Shown here in pieces: positions 60,201 through 64,000 of a stretch of DNA of 64,000 nucleotides; position 1 is the stretch's first letter; each line of letters starts with the position of its first letter. The stretch spans positions 2,841 to 66,840 of the forward strand of contig VGBK01000002.1 in assembly GCA_016870535.1 (NCBI GenBank), read 5' to 3'. The notes under the pieces are model-generated. The model worked only from the letters and a program-made list of their open reading frames with translations. It did no database searches and had not been told where the DNA came from. Made by a program: the position numbers and the translations under genes. The stretch is from Actinomycetota bacterium. GTDB lineage: Bacteria > Actinomycetota > Acidimicrobiia > Spongiisociales > UBA11373.

Positions 60201-61484
60201 TCACCACTGCAGCACCCCGTCGCGCAGGGTGAAGCGGCCCCGCAGCACCACGTGCCGGGCCCGGCCCCGCAGGCGCTGCCCGCGCCACGGGCTGTTGGCC
60301 GACCGCGAGTGGAAGCGCTCCGCCGTCCACTCGGCAGCAGGGTCCACCACCGTCAGTGTGGCCGGACCGCCGTTCGCCACCCATCGTCCGTGGTCCGCCA
60401 GGCCGGCGAGCCGGGCCGGAGCCACCGCCATGCGGTCGAACAGGGCATGGGGACCCAGATCGACCGCGGCGAGCACCGCAGCCACCGCCGTCTCCAGGCC
60501 GATCACCCCGCGCGGGGCGTCCTCGAACGGCACGTCCTTCTCATGGGCCGCGTGCGGGGCGTGGTCGGTGCCCACCATTTCGATGGTGCCGTCGGCCAGG
60601 GCGGCGCGCACCGCCTCCACGTCCTCGGGAGCCCGCAACGGCGGATACATCTTGAAGGCGGGGTCGGTGCGGCGGACCGCGGTGTGGTCGAAAGCAAGGT
60701 GGTGCGGCGCCGCTTCGGCCGTAACCGCCAGCCCTTCCGCCTTCGCCGCGCGGATCAGGGCAACCGTCCCGGCCGTCGAGACATGCTGCACGTGGTAGCG
60801 GCCTCCGGTCAGCCGGGCTATCGCCAGGTCGCGGGCCACCACCACCTCCTCGGCGGCGGTGGGGATCCCCGCCAGGCCGAGCAGGGCCGAGATCTCGCCT
60901 TCGTGCATCTGCCCCCCACCGGCCAGGCCGCGGTCCTCGGCGTGCTGGGCCACCACCCCTCCCAGGTCGCCCAGGTACTCCATCGCCCGCCGCAACAGGC
61001 CGGCGTCGGCCACGCCGTCCCCGTCGTCGCTGAAGACCCGAACCCCCGCCGCCCAGAGGTCGTCGAGGTGGGCCAAGCGCTGACCCGAACGGCCCGCGGT
61101 CACGCAGCCGGCGGGCACCACCTCCACCAGACCCACCTGTCGGCCCCTCTCGGCGACGAACCTTGCCAGGTGGCCGGCGTCGATCGCCGGGTCGGTGTTG
61201 GGCATGGCCACCACGGCGGTGAACCCACCGGCGGCGGCGGCTCGCGATCCCGACTCTATGTCCTCCTTCCACTCCTGGCCCGGCTCGCGCAGGTGCACAT
61301 GCGGGTCGACCAGGCCCGGGCCCACCCAGCAGCCACTGCAATCCACCACCTCGGCCCGCTCCCGATCGATGTCGGGACCGACCGCCGCCACCCCGGTGCC
61401 GCTCACCCTGACGTCGGCGGGGACCATGCCCGCCGCCGTGGCCACCAGTCCTCCGGCCAGCACGATGTCAGGCATCGCTCTCAC
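60201..61484 (-). CDS. pyrC: Dihydroorotase.
   Basis: DPHVHLREPG ... amidohydrolase metal ligands. Confidence 0.85.
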   Translation of the reverse strand: MRAMPDIVLAGGLVATAAGMVPADVRVSGTGVAAVGPDIDRERAEVVDCSGCWVGPGLVDPHVHLREPGQEWKEDIESGSRAAAAGGFTAVVAMPNTDPAIDAGHLARFVAERGRQVGLVEVVPAGCVTAGRSGQRLAHLDDLWAAGVRVFSDDGDGVADAGLLRRAMEYLGDLGGVVAQHAEDRGLAGGGQMHEGEISALLGLAGIPTAAEEVVVARDLAIARLTGGRYHVQHVSTAGTVALIRAAKAEGLAVTAEAAPHHLAFDHTAVRRTDPAFKMYPPLRAPEDVEAVRAALADGTIEMVGTDHAPHAAHEKDVPFEDAPRGVIGLETAVAAVLAAVDLGPHALFDRMAVAPARLAGLADHGRWVANGGPATLTVVDPAAEWTAERFHSRSANSPWRGQRLRGRARHVVLRGRFTLRDGVLQW

Positions 61485-62384
61485 CTCCCAGCAGGCGGAA
61501 AAGCACCGCCATGCGCACTGCCACCCCCAGGCTCACCTGTTCCAGCACCAGGGCGTCGGGGTCGTCGGCCACCTCGTCGGCGATCTCCACCCCTCGATTC
61601 ATCGGGCCGGGGTGCATCACCACCGCGTCCCGCTTCAGGCGAGATCGCCGCTCGCGGGTCATCCCGAACCGGGTGGTGTACTCGGCCAGCGAGGGGAACA
61701 CGCTGGCTCCGCCCCGCTCGGTCTGCACCCGCAACAGGTACACCACGTCGAGTTCGGGCAGCACCTCGTCCAGAGATGAACTCACCCGCACCGGCCAGTC
61801 GGCGAAGGTCACCGGGAGCAGGGTCCGCGGCGCCACCAGCGTCACCGTGGCCCCCAGCTTGGAGAAGGCGAGGAGATCCGAGCGCGCCACCCGGGAGTGG
61901 CGGATGTCGCCCACGATGGCGATCTGCAGTCCCTCCAGGGTCCCGAAGCGCCGCCGGATGGCCAGGGCGTCGAGCAGAGCCTGGGTGGGATGCTGGTGCG
62001 CGCCGTCGCCCCCGTTCACCACGGGGATGGAGAGCCACTCCGCCGCTCGCTCCGCTGCCCCGACCGCCTGATGGCGCATGACCAGCAGGTCCGAACCCAT
62101 GGCCTGCAGGGTGAGCACGGTGTCCTTGAGGCTCTCTCCCTTCGAGAGGGACGAGGTGCCCGGGGCGAAGGTCATGGTGTCCGCCGACAGCGTCTTGGCA
62201 GCGCGCTCGAACGACAGGCGGGTGCGCGTCGAAGCCTCGAAGAAGGCCGTGGTCACCGTCTTGCCCCGCAAGGCGGGGACCTTGGGAATGGGCCGGGCGA
62301 GCACCTCCACGAAGCCGTCGGCGTCGTCGAGGAGGCCCGCCAGGTCCGCCGGGCTGAGGTCGGCGATGTCGAGCAGGTGGCGCA

Positions 62385-62385
<1 letters not shown>
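61468..62385 (-). CDS. pyrB: Aspartate carbamoyltransferase catalytic subunit.
   Basis: STRTR, HPTQ and HPGP motifs. ATG at 62385. Confidence 0.9.
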
Positions 62386-62990
<605 letters not shown>

Positions 62991-63037
62991 TTAAAGGACG
63001 TCGGCGGCACCCTAGCAGCCCGCCACGCCCCGGCGGT

Positions 63038-63451
63038 TCACCCGTCGGCTTCCCGCCCTCCGGCCAGGCGGCCCAGCACCCCGTTGACGAACGCCCCGCT
63101 CCGGGCGGTGGAGTAGGCCTTGGCCAGTCGCACCGCTTCGGAGATGACCACCCCCACCGGCACCTCCGGCCGATGGCGCAACTCCCACAGGGCGAGACGC
63201 AGCACCGCCCGGTCCACCGCCGCCAGCCGCTCCACCCGCCATTCCTCCGCGGCGGCCCCAATGGCCGCATCCAGGTCGGCGCGCTCGTCCCAGGCGCCCC
63301 GTGCCAGGTCGGCGCCGAGGGTGTCGAGGCCCTCCGTCTCGGGAGGCCGGGAACGCGCCTCGGCTTCGTAGAGAGCTTCGAGCGCCTCGTCACGGCGCAC
63401 CAGGCGGGCGACGCGCCCCAGGCGCTCGGGGTCGAGGGCGGGAACGCCCAC
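63038..63451 (-). CDS. nusB: Transcription antitermination factor NusB.
   Basis: …RVARLVRRDEALEALYEAEAR ... AAVDRAVLRLALWEL ... FVNGVLG matches the NusB fold. The GTG start at about 63451 is assumed. The track start at 63634 overlaps efp. Confidence 0.65.
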   Translation of the reverse strand: MGVPALDPERLGRVARLVRRDEALEALYEAEARSRPPETEGLDTLGADLARGAWDERADLDAAIGAAAEEWRVERLAAVDRAVLRLALWELRHRPEVPVGVVISEAVRLAKAYSTARSGAFVNGVLGRLAGGREADG

Positions 63452-63611
63452 TGCCGCCCCCCTGCCGGCGGAGCGCAGCAGGTCGACCGCGGCGCGCAGG
63501 CGAGCCGTGCCGTCGGTGTCCGCCTGCAGGCGCGCCAACCCCGCCAGGACGGCGTCGGTCTCGGCCCCGGCCAGCGCTTCGGCCAGGGCGACGACCTCGG
63601 GGGTGGGCGGT

Positions 63612-64000
63612 TCAGACCCGCGTGATGTAGGCACCGCTGCGGGTGTCCACCTTGACCCGGTCGCCGGCGTCGACGAACAGTGGCACCTGAACCACCAGGC
63701 CGGTCTCCAGCGTCACCGGCTTGGTGGCCCCCGAGACGCGGTCCCCTTTCACTCCCGGCTCGGCGTGCGTCACGGTGAGGGCTACTGCGGCCGGGAGCTC
63801 CAGACCGATGGCACGGCCCTGGTGCATGGCCAGTAGGACCGTGTCGCCCTCCTTGAGGTACCCGGAGGCCTGGCCCACCAGCTCGGCCGCCAGAGCCAGC
63901 TGGGCGTAGGTCTCCCCGTCCATGAAGTGGTAGCCGAGGTCGTCCGAGTAGAGGTACTGGTGGGCGCGCCGTTCGATGATGGCCTGCTGCACCGGCTCGT
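63612..64000 (-). CDS. efp: Elongation factor P, C-terminal part. The gene continues beyond the window end.
   Basis: …VDTRSGAYITRV C-terminus and KOW-like/OB domains (MQQAIIERRAHQYLYSDD...). Confidence 0.8.
   Translation of the reverse strand, partial: EPVQQAIIERRAHQYLYSDDLGYHFMDGETYAQLALAAELVGQASGYLKEGDTVLLAMHQGRAIGLELPAAVALTVTHAEPGVKGDRVSGATKPVTLETGLVVQVPLFVDAGDRVKVDTRSGAYITRV

Overview
The window is high-GC (about 70%) and looks actinobacterial: it carries mIHF, an F420/LLM-type oxidoreductase, GTG/ATA start codons and a thioredoxin/Dps pair. Most of it is densely packed housekeeping DNA. Recognised genes include:

- pyruvate dehydrogenase E1 (aceE) and ybaK;
- a gmd plus GDP-sugar reductase pair;
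- dps, trxA, an LLM oxidoreductase, an amidohydrolase, a thioesterase and tag;
- msrB, a GH13 glycosidase and a nitrate/sulfonate-type ABC transporter;
- tyrS and a class A PBP;
- the infC-rpmI-rplT-(trmH)-pheST-argF-mpg block, with rnhB next to it;
- the riboflavin operon ribD-ribE-ribBA-ribH;
- rpe, ppk2, fmt and def;
- priA, coaBC, rpoZ, gmk and mihF;
- the pyrR-pyrB-pyrC-pyrD-pyrF operon, then nusB and the 3' part of efp.

A complete rRNA operon (16S-23S-5S) lies on the minus strand at about 28.95-34.66 kb.

The most unusual feature is a roughly 743-nt insertion in the 23S rRNA gene, in domain IV near E. coli position 1923. It encodes a single-motif LAGLIDADG homing endonuclease and has features of a group I intron (ωG, an exon-terminal U, and a plausible P1/IGS pairing).

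Other points worth a second look:

- a three-gene molybdenum-hydroxylase operon whose FAD (CoxM-like) subunit has a complete GltD-like NADPH/FAD/Fe-S module inserted into it;
- a tandem pair of secreted paralogs sharing an unrecognised Cys-rich C-terminal domain of about 230 aa, one of them carrying RTX-type repeats;
- the conserved-unknown DUF2087 / histidine phosphatase / DUF3090 / SCO1664 module;
- an FMN riboswitch in front of ribD;
- a terminator-like attenuator plus an ATA start codon at infC;
- a PyrR-binding loop upstream of pyrR.

Many long antisense or shadow ORFs in the six-frame track are GC-bias artefacts and were not called.
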